Of a DNA stretch of 64,000 nucleotides, positions 47,320-61,569 are shown in pieces. The DNA is taken from the NCBI RefSeq assembly GCF_009914755.1, contig NC_060925.1. The stretch is one strand, 5' to 3'. The stretch is from the human T2T-CHM13v2.0 reference genome, Homo sapiens. The notes under the pieces were generated by a model. That model had not been told where the DNA came from and made no database searches. It was given only the letters and a program-made list of their open reading frames with translations. Numbering within the stretch: the first letter of the stretch is position 1; each line of letters begins with the position of its first letter. The position numbers and the translations under genes were made by a program.

Positions 47320-47870
47320 ATGTTGTATTAACTGCGTCTTTTTATTTTCTGTATTCTGATGCTTTGCTGTTTTAGGGCCTTGCTGTCTTGGCGGGAGTCC
47401 CCCCTCCCAGGGCTAATTACTAGAGAAAGTCAAGGGCTGGCCTGAGAGCGCACCTTTCATATGCAAACCAACCAATCTAGAATGCCTACCAGCGACACTT
47501 CCTCTATTGCACTTACACTCCTGACCAGGCCATGATTCCCTGCCCTCATCACCCCAGGGCCAGGTAGCAAACAACTAGGCACAGTCCCTATACCCCAGAG
47601 CTTGCTGAAATTACTCAGACAAGCCAATCCTCAACCCGCTTGCCCTGTTTTGCATGCTCTTTCCCTTGGAAACCACAATAGAGAGCCTTGCCCATGGTTT
47701 TCCCCTCTCCCTCTGTCTTCAACCAACTCTAGTGCTTGCCTGTGTGCCCCGTGTGGAGGAGTGAGTGCCTCCTCCTCTTGGTAATTGCAACAAGCCACCT
47801 TATCAATGGCAGTCTTCTGATCTGTTGGCATCATCAGACCTGAATAATGATAAAATCTACATTTCAAAAC
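47320..47870 (+). mobile_element. ERVL LTR, MER74/MER54/MER73 group
   Basis: ctttcatatgcaaaccaaccaat and atcaccccagggccaggtagcaaacaactagg motifs. Confidence 0.6.
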
Positions 47871-47891
47871 ATATATGTATTGCCTTAGAAT

Positions 47892-49149
47892 TGCGTTTGG
47901 GAAAAACTCAAACTGTTTCTGTCAGGCCTCTGAGCCCAAGCCAAGCCATCGCATCCCCTGTGACTTGCACGTATATATATGCCCAGATGGCCTGAAGTAA
48001 CTGAAGAATCACAAAAGAAGTGAAAATCCCTGCCCCGCCTTAACTGATGACATTCCACCACAAAAGAAGTGAAAATGGCCGGTCCTTGCCTTAAGTGATG
48101 ACATTACTTTGTGAAAGTCCTTTTCCTGGCTCATCCTGGCTCAAAAAGCTCCCCCACTGAGCACCTTGCAACCCCCACTCCTGCCCGCCAGAGAACAAAC
48201 CCCCTTTGACTGTAATTTTCCTTTACCTGCCCAAATCTTATAAAACGGCCCCACCCCTATCTCCCTTGGCTGACTCTCTTTTCGGACTCAGCCCGCCTGC
48301 GCCCAGGTGAAATCAACAGCCATGTTGCTCACACAAAGCCTGTTTGGTGGTCTCTTCACATGGACGCTAGTGAAAGTTTCTTCTCTCTTACATCACAACA
48401 ATTTAATGCGACCCAATGTGGAGGGGATTTCTTCCCACCACCAAGCAAGCCATCGGTTCTGTAGTGGACACCAACTGGGTGTCCTCCAATTCAATTCCCA
48501 CACTGTCTACCTGGAGAGAGCATCAGACCCCACAGGTTGAGGGCTCAGTCCCCAAGACTGCCCCCCACCCCAGACACCAGTCTCAAGTCTGGGCTTCTGG
48601 AACTCTGACCCACCAGCTTCAAGTTGGGGTTCCCATGACACCTCTTTGAGTTCAGCTAATTTGCTGGAGCGGCTCATAGAATTCAGGGAAACACTAACTT
48701 ATGTTTAGCAGTTTATTATAAAGGATATTACAAAGGAGAGATGCGTAGGGTGAGGTATGGGGGAAGGGGCACAGAGCTTCCATGCCCTCTCTGGGCATGC
48801 AACCCTCCAGGAACCTTCATGTGTTCAGCTATCTGGAAGCTCCTAGAACCCTGCCCTTTTTGGGTTTATGAAAACTTCATTAGGTAGGCATGATTGATTA
48901 AGTCATTGGTCATTGGCCATCAGCTTGACCTTCAGCCCCTCTCACCTCTCCAGGGGTTAGGGGGTAGGGCTGAAAGTCCCAGCCCTCTAATTATACCTTG
49001 TTCTTTCTGGTGACCTGACTGGGCCCCATCCTAAAGCTATCAGTCAACATAAGCATACAAAAATGCATCACTTTGGAGATTCCAAGGATTTTAAGAGTTA
49101 AATGCCAGGAAACGGGATAAAGACCAAATATATATTTTACAATGTCACA
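47892..49149 (-). mobile_element. MER21-type LTR interrupted by LTR7
   Basis: ctgtctacctggagagagcatcagaccccacaggttgagggctcagtcc motif; sequence is continuous across the LTR7 TSD. Confidence 0.75.
47920..48375 (+). mobile_element. LTR7 (HERV-H) solo LTR
   Basis: TGTCAGGCCTCTGAGCCCAAG start, ...GTGAAA end, 456 bp, 5-bp TSD GTTTC (47915-47919 / 48376-48380), TATA-like tataaaa near 48239. Confidence 0.95.
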
Positions 49150-49741
49150 AGTTGTAACCAGCACCAAGGTCAAAAAACATTACCAGCCATTTCCAGAGCA
49201 TTTTGTTCTTTTACAATCCAACAAACATGTATTAAGTGCCTTCTATTCCTCATGCCTTTACCGATTCACTGCACATTTGACAATCATGTACTGGGTGTCA
49301 GACTCTGCTTGGGAGTCACTGAAGATACACTGGTGAGCAAAACAGACACAGTCCCTGGCTTCACCAGGCATGTCTTTTAGTGAAAAAGACAGTTATTAGT
49401 CAAATAATCACACAAATGAATTTGCAATTGCAAATGATGGTAAATGCAAGGAAGAAAAATCAAGATAGCTAACATTTATCGTGCATTGCTCTCACAGGCG
49501 GCTCTGTGGATTATCTCCTTTAGCCCACTCCCTCCCTTAGGCCTATTAGGTGAATCTTGTTAATATCTACAGTCTACGCTGGAGGAAACTCAAGTGAGGC
49601 CTTGCCCAAAGGCCCCCAGCTGGAGAGGTAGAGCTGGAATTGAACTTGACTGGCTGATGTATGTCTCTGCATATATTCACCACGCTGCAAAACTGCCAAG
49701 CCCTACTGAGCCACCAGCTCTGAGGGTATAACTCACACCAG

Positions 49742-50456
<715 letters not shown>

Positions 50457-52189
50457 TTCCACTTTTCTATCTATCAGGTAGAGCTGCTTCCCAGGGTGAG
50501 GGTGGACACAACCTAATTCAGGATGTGTCTCTCTGAGGGCAGTGTGGTGCCCTCAAAGGAGGGAAGGCTTTAATGGGGTCGAATCCTTGCTTTGCTACTT
50601 ACTGGCTGTGTGACCTTAAACAAGTTACTTAACCTTTATGAGCTGGTTTTGGTGTTGGCCCAGTGCGATCCAATATTAATCTTGCTGGGTTGTGTTAGGA
50701 TTCAGGTTCATGTGCAGCTAGACCTTGGCAGACAACAGGCCCTCTCTTCCTCATTTACAGGGCATGTGTTCTTCCTACAGGCACTGGACCAGAACTTGAA
50801 CAGTGAAGCCAACTTACTCTGGGCAGCAGCAAACAGACCCTTCATGACGTCACAGGGATGCCAGAGTCTTTTCTGTATCTTCTTTGTCCTGCTTTTCTTG
50901 CTCCTCTGGGACTCCCATGCAAGGCCAGACTTAAACAGGCACCAAAGACACAGCCTCCAAATGATTGCTGTGCACAGAACCAAGTGACCTCAAATACCCT
51001 CATACTTTGTTGGCCTCAATTTTGTAAACATATGTACAAGATCGCGTATCCCTCAGGACTTCTGTGAGAAGACAGTCTTCCTAGCGCGAGGTATTTTCAG
51101 CAGATGTGTTAATGCTAAGAAAACAAAAAAATTTCCACACCGATGGGAGAGAAGTATGTATTGGTTTTATGCCAGCTCCCCACCCTCCAACTGTGACTTG
51201 TAGGAGAGGAGTGAGCTTGGCAGAGACTAAACTTGCTCCTTCATTTTTGATGCCATTTCTTTGATTTTTTGGCTTGACCCAACAGCATCTCAGGAGTTCT
51301 AACAAAATAAACAAACAAAAAACCCCACCATGTAGAAATTACTTGAGATCATGTAATAACTAAAATCTTTTATATAAGTTTTAGTTCGTTTTATTAACTA
51401 TGTCAAAAAAATAACAGGAACAGATACCATATAAATGAATAAATGGTTCTTATACATAGGCTCAGCCCAGACTCAAGGGACAAACACATCTTCTCCATAT
51501 ATATGTAGGGCACACTTCCTGGTCTTGACAGATGCTCCACAAATCACTTTATGCTGGTTTTGCCCAGGGTGAGGAGTTATATTTGGAGTTTCTTCCAAGT
51601 CTCCAGTTCTGTGACAGAGACAAATCCCTGCCCTTTCAAGTATTGAACTAGAAACATGTTTTATCTCCGTTTAGGGCAAGAGACAGGACCCAAGGAAGAT
51701 ACCTTCTTTTTCCCCCTAGACCTTTGGATTGATTTTGCTAGCTCCCAATACATATTGCCGTTTATTGTAAATGCTGGAGTTGCCCTGGCCTCGGCCTTCA
51801 GATGGTGGTGGTGTCCATGGTGGTGGGAAGGAGAAAAATGTGCTGAGTTAATCTCTGACCACATTGTGCTAATGACTGGTAATGGAGGTCAGCTGAGCTG
51901 AGGGTACCCCAGAGACCATTTATCTTGCTTATCAGAGGGTATCAAATATGCCAATTTTTTTGTGAGGGCCTGGGGATGCTTTAACCAGGAATCATATCTT
52001 TGGACATTGGCTTTTTCTGTTTTTAATCGAAAAGTAAAAAAATGAAGTCCATCACAGGTCTTATCTTTCCCTCTATGTATTTGGATGTCTTGAACCAACT
52101 TCTCAGTTATATGACTAGCAATTACTGTCACTCACCTCACAATCAATAATGTTCTCTCCTTTTTTTTCTTGTTTCTTAAAAAATGCTTT

Positions 52190-53005
52190 TATGAAATAGT
52201 AAGTAGAGTTTCCACAGTTGCTTAGGATACTGCAAGAACATGTCACTCCTACCTGACAAGAAAAATCCAGGTAATCTACAAAATAATAATTTTTTCAAGG
52301 TTATAGGTTATAAAGCAACCAGGGGACTGAATTTCAAATGTGCTAAATCAAAGGTGTGGCTTCACAGTCTTGTGCTAAGACCTGAGAAAGAGAGAAAGGT
52401 TAGACTACTCAGTCATGCATAAAGCTCTTTGAAGAGGTTGAGGTCCTCCAGGTTAAGGGTCTTGTGCTGGGGAGAGTAGCGTGGATTATCCAGGTGGACC
52501 CAATCTAATCACATGAGTGCTTAAGAGTGGAGAACATTTCCTGGCTGCTGAGAACCAGAGAAATGGCTCCATAAAAAGGACTCTGCCCACTGTTGCCAGC
52601 TTTGAAAATGGTGGAAGGGAGTCACAAGCCAAGGGATGTGGATGATCCCACTTTAAATGTAAAGACATATAGAGGATAAAAGTAAATGGATGAGAACAGT
52701 AAACAAAGCAGGAGTGCTTATATTAACATCAAAGTCAAATCCCAAACCAGGAATTTTACCAGGGATAAGAAGAGCCTTTCTATAATGATGGAGGGGCCAA
52801 TTCCTTAAGGAGCTATAACAACCCCAAGTGTGTAGATATGGAAAAATACAGCTCCAAAATACATAAAGCAAAACATGATGGAACTAAAGAAGAAATAGAT
52901 ATATTCACAAGCACAGCTGCAAATGTCAACATTCCATTCTAAATGACTGATAGAACAAGTACGTAAAAAGAATCAATAAGAATATAGAAGACTTGAATGA
53001 CACAA
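52190..53005 (+). mobile_element. Old L1 fragments with an MLT1 fragment (about 52400-52650)
   Basis: L1 endonuclease-region motifs (aaagcaggagtgcttatattaacatca, gaatatagaagacttgaa); MLT1 motif ggattatccaggtggacccaatctaatcac. Confidence 0.55.
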
Positions 53006-53139
53006 TTGTGGGAGCTGGCCTCCAAGATGGCCTTCAGTGGTATTCATACGTATGTGTAATACCCTTCACATCATATTTGAAATTCTTGCAAAATTTCTTT
53101 TATTTTTAAAATTAAAACAGTTATTCTATTTTTTAACAT

Positions 53140-53281
53140 TTATTTATTTGTGTTTATTAATTGTTTTAGAGACAGGATCTCACGATGTTGCCCAGGTTGG
53201 TCTGGAACTCTTGAGCTCAAGGGATCCTCCCATCTCAGCCTCCTGAGTAGCTGGGACTATAGGTATGCACCACCATGCCTG
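53140..53281 (-). mobile_element. FLAM
   Basis: Antisense monomer. Confidence 0.8.
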
Positions 53282-53424
53282 ATTCAAAATTTTGTCTCTT
53301 GTTCTTCACACCTCATTCTATGTCACTTCTTCATATTTATTCTTCATTCCATGAATTCCCTCTTCATCTGTGTCTCATCTGCTGTTAAACCAACATTGAG
53401 TTTTTAATTTCGATTATCATGTTT

Positions 53425-53732
53425 TGGCTGGGTGTGGTGGCTCACACCTATAATCCCAGCACTTTGGGAGGCTGAGGCAGACAGATCACTTGAGGCTAGG
53501 AGTTCGAAACCAGCTTAACCAATATGGCAAAGCCCCTCTCTACTAAAAATACAAAAATTAGCTGGGCATGGTGGCACATGCCTGTAGTCTCAGCTACTCG
53601 AGAGGCTGAGGCATGAGAATCGCTTGTACCAGAAGTTGCAGTGAGTCGAGATTGTACCACTGCACTCCAGCTTGGGTTCCAGCCTGGGCAACAGAGACAG
53701 ACAGACTCCGTCTCAAAAAACAACAATAAAAA
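53425..53732 (+). mobile_element. Alu
   Basis: Sense dimer with a small internal deletion and duplication. Confidence 0.9.
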
Positions 53733-53906
53733 ATTATTACGTTTTTCATTTTCCAAATCTTGGCCATATAACATTTTTATTCTTTAAAAATATTGTATAT
53801 ATTCTTTTATGTTCTATGTCTAATTTAAATTTCAGAAGTCCTTGTGGATTTGATTTTGTTGTTTTTCCTGGGTCCATCTCATGGAGATTTGTTTTCTTGG
53901 TATTAA

Positions 53907-54452
<546 letters not shown>

Positions 54453-54787
54453 TGAGTTTTTTTCTCCCATCCATATAATGCCAATTTATGAGACAGCAAT
54501 TTTCTTCATAGTCTACTCTGGGTGAGGGCAGGCTTACTTCTGATTTGCTCTTGCACTGAGAGTATACCCCTTTGGGATCCTAGCATTATGATGGTATCTC
54601 TCTCTCTCTCTTTCTTTTTTTTTTTTTTTTTTTGCTGTTTAATAACAGTAATAATAATAGTCATTTGAGAGTAGTTTGAGGTTTACAGAAAAGTTGCGAA
54701 GAGTACAGAGAGTTCCTGCATACTCAGTTTCCCCATTAAGATCCTTCCATTACCTTGCACAAGTGCTTTTAAGCCATCTCTCTCTCA

Positions 54788-55033
54788 TTTCTTTCTTTCT
54801 TTTTTTTTTTTTTTGAGATGGAGTTTCGCTCTTGTTGCCCAGGCTGAAGTGCAATCCCAAGTAGATGGGATTACCGGCACATGCCACCATACCGGGCTAA
54901 TTTTTGTATTTTTAGTAGAGACGGGGTTTCACCATGTTGGTCAGCCTGGTCTCAAACTCCTGACCTCAGGTGATCCACCCGCCTCGGCCTCCCAAAGTGC
55001 TGGGATTACAGGCGTGAGCCACAGCGCCCAGCC
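54788..55033 (-). mobile_element. Alu with internal deletion
   Basis: Right arm jumps gtgcaa|tcccaagtag. Confidence 0.88.
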
Positions 55034-55092
55034 ATAGCCTTCCCTTCCCTTCCCTTCCCTTCTTTCCTTTCTTTCTTTCTGAACAGTAAGCC

Positions 55093-55288
55093 TTTTATTT
55101 ATTTATTTAGGTAACATGAATAAGTTCTTTAATGGCAGTTTCTAAGATTTTGGTGCACCCATTACCTGAGCAGTGTAAACTGTACCCAACGTGCAGTTTC
55201 CTATCCCTTACTCCCTCCCACCCTTCCCTGAGGCTCCATGGTCCATTGCATCATTCTTAGGCCTTTGCATCCTCATAGCTTAGCTCCC
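55093..55288 (-). mobile_element. 5'-truncated L1PB-type 3' end
   Basis: gattttggtgcacccattacctgagcagtg and cctcatagcttagctccc motifs. Confidence 0.75.
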
Positions 55289-55757
55289 GAAGGTATCTCT
55301 TAGTACATTTCCCACCCTAGGCAGCCCCTGGTCTTTGTCTCCTGTGTCTTATGTCCCTTGGGGTATAAAAACAGGAACTTTGGTAAGTTTCTATCTTATT
55401 ATGATGGTTTCTTATTTTTTCTGTATTTTAAAACTTTTCATTTAAGCTAATTTCTCACTTACAAAAAAATTAGAGAAAATTACCATATACCTTTTCCCAA
55501 ATTCCATAAACATTAATATCTTACATAATTACATTATGATGATCAAAATCAAGGCATTGATTTTGATAATACGATTTTCTGATTTATGACTGATTTGTAT
55601 TTTATTATTAGAAGTTTACTTATAATAATTATAAGTAAGTGGTTCCGTATGTATGGACTCCTTCTAGATTCTTTTCTTGTCTTTTCTTGTCTTTCTTCTT
55701 TTGTTTTACTATTACCAACAATGATGAAATGAATGAATACACAGCTAAATGAATCTT

Positions 55758-57003
55758 ATTTTATTAACAAAGAAAATTGTATTTACTTAGAAGCATTTAG
55801 AATGTCAACAAAACAAACTGCAACTTTTTTTTTGTTTTGCGGCTACAGAGTGGTATTCATTAACAGAACAACAATTATTTCATATAAGCTGCATCAGAAA
55901 CAACCGAAGATGAAAAAACTACCATCCCCATACGTTCCTAATTTGTGCTGTGCACCAACAACAACCTGCTTGAAATATCCATGCCAATTTACAACCCCAT
56001 ACTGTATCAGGCAAAGTTAGTGGCTATTGAACATATCACCAAGACAGGGCTATCTAAAGACACATTCAGTAATGTGTTAACTATACAAAAAAAAACACTG
56101 TACAGTTAAGAATAAATCTTACACAGCCTCCCATTTCAATGTCTTGCTTTAAAAGGAGTGAGTTGTGTACAGGGGGGTTAAATGCTTTAAAGACAAGAAA
56201 AAGAAAACTGTGCTAGAACCAACTTATTCACCATCGTCATCTTCTTCATATTCACTTCAACTTCTTCCTCCTTGTCCTTTTCATCTTCCTTCTTTTTCTC
56301 ACTTTTTCAGCTTGACGACTCCCTTTTTTGCTGCATCAGGCTTTCCTTTAGCTCAATATGCAGCAATATCCTTTCTGTATTCTTCCTTTAGCTTTGCAGC
56401 CTTCTTTTCATAAGGCTGCTTGTCATCTGCAGCAGTGTTATTCCACATCTCTCCCAGTTTCTTTGCAACATCACCAATGGACAGGCCAGGATGTTCTCCT
56501 GTGATTTTGGGGTGATACTCAGAACAGAACAAGAAAAAGGCTCATGGAGGCCTCTTTGGTGCATTGGGATTCTTGAACTTCTTTTTTCTCTCCCCTTTGG
56601 AAGTTATATGGCTTTTCATTTCTCTTTCATAACAGGTCTTGTCTGCCTTTGCCATGTCTTCAAATTTTCCTTTCTCGTTAGCATATATGGTCTTCCACCT
56701 CTCTGAGCACTTCTGAGCAAACTCTGAGGAGTTGACTGGAGCAGCTGGGTACTTCTTCCTATGCTCCTCCTGACAAGCTTGCACAAAGAATGCAGATGAT
56801 GAAATTTTTGCCTCTCGGCTTCTTAGGATCTCCCTTTACCATGTTTAGTTATCTTTCCTCAGCGAGGCACAGAGTTGCCCAGTGCCTATCTGGCAAGTCC
56901 AGCTCTCCCTTGTCCCAGTGTTGTCTCTATGGAGCTCAACGTACTGCAATGGCTGTGAGAGCGGGAGCCAGACGCAGCCTCTGTACTTTCTCTGCTCTGT
57001 AGC
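55758..57003 (-). pseudogene. HMGB1P26: Processed HMGB1 pseudogene (CDS remnant 56842-56224). From memory, the copy next to URB2 is HMGB1P26; not verified
   Basis: [12 protein letters not shown] start, +1 frameshift near 56805, [20 protein letters not shown], premature TGA at 56542-56544, shortened acidic tail. Both UTRs present, no introns, 16-bp TSD with 2 mismatches (55742-55757 / 57004-57019). Confidence 0.93.
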
Positions 57004-57260
57004 CAGGTACATGAATCTTTAGGTACTTGTAGAAACTTACTCATAGGGTAAATTCATAGAATGGTATTACTGGGTTAAAATGCTCCTACATAGATAAATA
57101 TTGCCAACAGCATCATCTTTTTATTTTAATTTTAAAAACTTACATAGAGTAAAATCTACTTTTTTGGTGTAAAGTTTTATGAGTTTTACATGTGCATAGA
57201 ATCTTGAAACTAACAGCATAGGCAGGATACAGAACAATTTCAACACCTTAAAGAATTCCT

Positions 57261-57561
<301 letters not shown>

Positions 57562-57660
57562 GAATTCCCTTCTGCTTTCCCTGTGTAACCAGACTCTCTT
57601 GTCCCTGGCAACCACCTATCTGTTCTCCGTTCCTATATTTTCACTTTTTCCAGAATGTCA

Positions 57661-58761
57661 TGTTGCGGGAAGTCAGGGACCCCGAACGGAGGGACCGGCT
57701 GAAGCCATGGCAGAAGAACATAAATTGTGAAGATTTCATGGACATTTATTAGTTCTCCAAATTAATACTTTTATAATTTCTTACGCCTGTCTTTACTGCA
57801 GTCTCTGAACATAAATTGTGAAGATTTCATGGACATCTATCACTTCCCCAATCAGTACTCTTATAATTTCCTATGCCTGTCTTTACTTTAATCTCTTAAT
57901 CCCGTCATCTTCGTAAGCTGAGGATGTATGTTGCCTCAGGACCCTGTGATGATTGTGTTAATGGCACAAATTGTTCGTAAAGCATGTGTGTTTGAACAAT
58001 ATGAAATCTGGGCACCTTGAGAAAAGAACAGGATAACAGCAATGTTCAGGGAACAAGGGAGATAACCATTATGTCTGACTGCCTGGGAGCTGGGAAGGAC
58101 AGAGTCATATTTCTCTTATTACTGAAAACGGGTAAGAGAAATATCACTGAATTCTTTCCCCAGTAAGGAATATTAATAATTCACAGCCCTGGGAAAAGAA
58201 TGCATTCCTGGGGGAGGGGGGGGCCTCTAAAATGGCCGCTCTGGGAGTGTCTGCCTTATGCAGTTGTAGGAAGGGATGAAACACGCCCTGGTCTCCTGCA
58301 GCGCCCCCAGGCTTGCTAGGATTAGGAAATTCCAGCCTGGCTAATTCTAGTCAGACCGGTTCTCTGCTCTTGAACCCTGTTTCCTGTTAAGATGTTTATC
58401 AATGACAATGCGTGCACAGTGGGACATGAAACTTCATTAGCAATTCTAGTTTCACCCTGGCCTTGTGACCTTGCCCTGCCCATTTGCCTTGTGATATTTT
58501 ATTGCCTTTGAAGCATGTGATCTCTGTGACCCACACCCTATTCATACACTCCCTCCCCTTTGAAAATCGCTAATAAAAACTTGCTGGTTTTGTGGCTCAG
58601 GGGGCATCACAGAACCTGCTGACATACGATGTCTCCCCCGGACACCCAGCTTTAAAATTTCTTTCTTTTGTACTCTTTCCCTTTATTTCTCAGACTGGCT
58701 GACACTTAGAGAAAATAGAAAAGAATCTACGTTGAAATATTGGGGGCTGGTTGCCCCTATA
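57661..58761 (+). mobile_element. MER11 (HERV-K11/HML-8) solo LTR
   Basis: TGTTGCGGGAAGTCAGGGACCCC start, 1101 bp, 6-bp TSD ATGTCA (57655-57660 / 58762-58767), AATAAA near 58572. Confidence 0.93.
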
Positions 58762-59271
58762 ATGTCACATAAGTAGAATCACACCATATGCAACTTTTTG
58801 GTTTGGATTTTTTCAGCTAGCACAATATATTTGAGATTCATCCATGTTGTGTGTATGAATAGTTTGCTCTTTTATTAATTAGTAGCATTCCATTGTACAC
58901 GTGTACAACAGTGTGTTTACTCATACACCCATTGAATAACATTTGGATTGTTTGACGCTCTTGGCAATTATAAGTAAAACTGCTATGAACATTCATAGAT
59001 GAGTTTTTGTGTGAATGTAAGTTTTTTTGTTGTATCTTAAATAGTATTTTAAGTACCCTGATTTGATCATTACACATTCTATGCATGTACCCCATAAATA
59101 AGTATGTCATAAATCATATGTAGCCCATAAATATGTACTATTACATGTTTGTAATAGTACCCCATAAATCTACCCCAAAATATGTACTATTTTATATATA
59201 TATATATATACATTACTATGTATCAAAATTAAAAAATTAAAAAAATTTTTGAAGTAGATTTGTTGGGTGAT

Positions 59272-59275
<4 letters not shown>

Positions 59276-59311
<36 letters not shown>
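59276..59311. repeat. (CA)n microsatellite
   Basis: About 18 units. Confidence 0.95.
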
Positions 59312-59313
<2 letters not shown>

Positions 59314-61161
59314 TATGTCACATTTTAAGAAACCATCCAACTGTCTTCCAGAGTGGCCGGACCATTTTGCATTCTCATCAGCAATTGGTGAGAGTTTGTA
59401 TTGCTCTGCATGTATTCCAACACCTGGCATTATCAGTAATTTTTTTTTTATTTTGGCCATCTTAATAGGTGTGTAAGTCAAACTTTGATGATATTTTGAC
59501 CAAGCATGAAAGAGTCCAATTCATTTTCTGTTGGTGGTATTTATGAACACTTCTGAGGGTGCTTCAGAGCTCAGTAGAGCTTCGGGATGTTATCAGGGAT
59601 AATCTAAAAAAGGATTCCATTATCAATTAAGAGTTTAGGACTCAAGAAGTTTTTGTTTTTAATTAAGTAAGTTTCCATGCTACAAGACTACCCAGTATCT
59701 TTAATATGCCTATGTGCATAATGACTGTCCACAGGAAGAGACAGTAGGCAGTTTTCCCCTGAAATTTGAAGATGGAACTCTTTGGCCTATGGAGCATCCC
59801 AAAGGTTGAATATTGGGCAAAACTCATTTAGGAAATGCTGCTGTCATTCACAGAGAGAAGAAAAATAATCTGTGGATACTCAGTAACCATGCATTAACTG
59901 AAAACAGTTTTCTTCTCTACAAAGTGAACTTTTTCACTTAAGAAGTTCTCCTTCTTAATTTATTGATCCTCTTAAGAATAAGGTTTCCGTGACTCTTCTG
60001 AGATATCCCACCACAGAACTGTGATTAACTTAAAAAGACCCAAGACATTGAGATTTCTTGACTTCCTGCACAGGAGGCTGGTTCTTCATTGAAATGATAT
60101 TTTCTTTCTTCCATGGCTGTCCCTCTGAGCAGAGCCATATTTTGGCATTGTGAGCTGTTCTCAATCACCAAAGACCATAAACTAAGCCAGGAAGACTTTG
60201 ACCCATTGTTTTACCTCTGTTCTTGTACTCTTTACTGTCGTTAATTAACATGAAAGTTCCATGTTTTCTCCTTCCCCACTGGTCCAAGTGCATGGCCTGC
60301 CCTGAGGGACGGTGCGGTGAGCCTGCTCATCAGAGTACACATTCCCTGTCTCCAAGGATGCCTCTGGTATATTTCCTTTATCTGGAGTTGAAATTCTTCT
60401 CTTTGGGCTTTAAGCCCTAGTGGTGGTTAGCAGGCTTGGTCAGAGGTAGGAAGATTTTACTCTTGCTGGTGATACATCAAGAGGAAATTAATAAAGGATT
60501 CTGAACAGTGCTCAATCGACCTGAATCTAGAATTCTTGCTGAGATTGGGCTTTTAGGAACCCTGATGAAGAGATGAACTCAGCTCTCTGTTTCAACTGAG
60601 CTCGTCAATACAGCACTAAGGCAATTTGGCCAATATAACAACCCACCGTGAATCACTACAAAGCTGAAATTGTGTCCCTAGAGAGCTCACTGAAATGGAC
60701 ATGAGTATTTCATGAGAAAGGCTAGTTCACTGCAGAGGCAAAAGGTTCATCTAAATCAGTGTTTGTCGTTGCTGTTATGCAGCCAGCAAAGTGAGGTTTT
60801 CATTCTGTTTTGACTCCAGCTGTTTTCCTTCAGGGCTGCTCCTGCTCATGTGTCTGAGGCTTTCCCTGTTGGAGGCCTTTGGCTACCTCATCCCAAGGTG
60901 CACCTTCCATAGACGGTCTATCAGGCTGGCCAAGGGAAAGCAATTCTTGTACCCAAGACCCTGTCACCTCTTGCTACGACTCTCCTTATCCCTTGCATTT
61001 CTACCTGGTCCTGAAGGCCAACTGCTTCCTCTTTGACATCTCTTTTTTCACTCCATAATGATTCCTCTTCTAGCCTTTTATCCACATAGAGGGCCCTACC
61101 TGTGTGCCTGAGATGGAGTTGTCTGGGTTCATATGAGGATTCCCTACCTAGGATCCTCAGC

Positions 61162-61332
61162 TGGTATTTCTTCAAGAATGGCCAACAGACCAACTGCATC
61201 AGTACCACCTTAGGGTGCCTGTTAAAAATACAAATTAGGGGGGCCCATGGGATCATTTGCAGGAAGCATGGAATCTGCCTTTTAACAAACACCCAAATGT
61301 TTCTCTTTGCATTCGAGTTTTAGAACAATTGG
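61162..61332. mobile_element. MER5-like hAT element
   Basis: ctgcatcag..cacct...gttaaaaatacaaatt...gaatctgccttttaacaa motifs. Confidence 0.55.
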
Positions 61333-61569
61333 CCCAGCCCTTCCCACCTATAGATCTGCCTGCTGGGCATCACCTCAGCTCATTTCTGCTTCTCTTTATA
61401 AGAAAGTCTTTTATATATTTGCAGATTAGCCCCATCTGTCTCAAGCCTACAAACTCATACTAATAAACGGCTTGTTGTAATTTTCTTTACCGCACTCCCA
61501 TCCCCAAATAAAATCCCATCAATTTTTTATATCTCTGTTTTTTTTCTAGTTCTCATTGAAAGGGACTTA

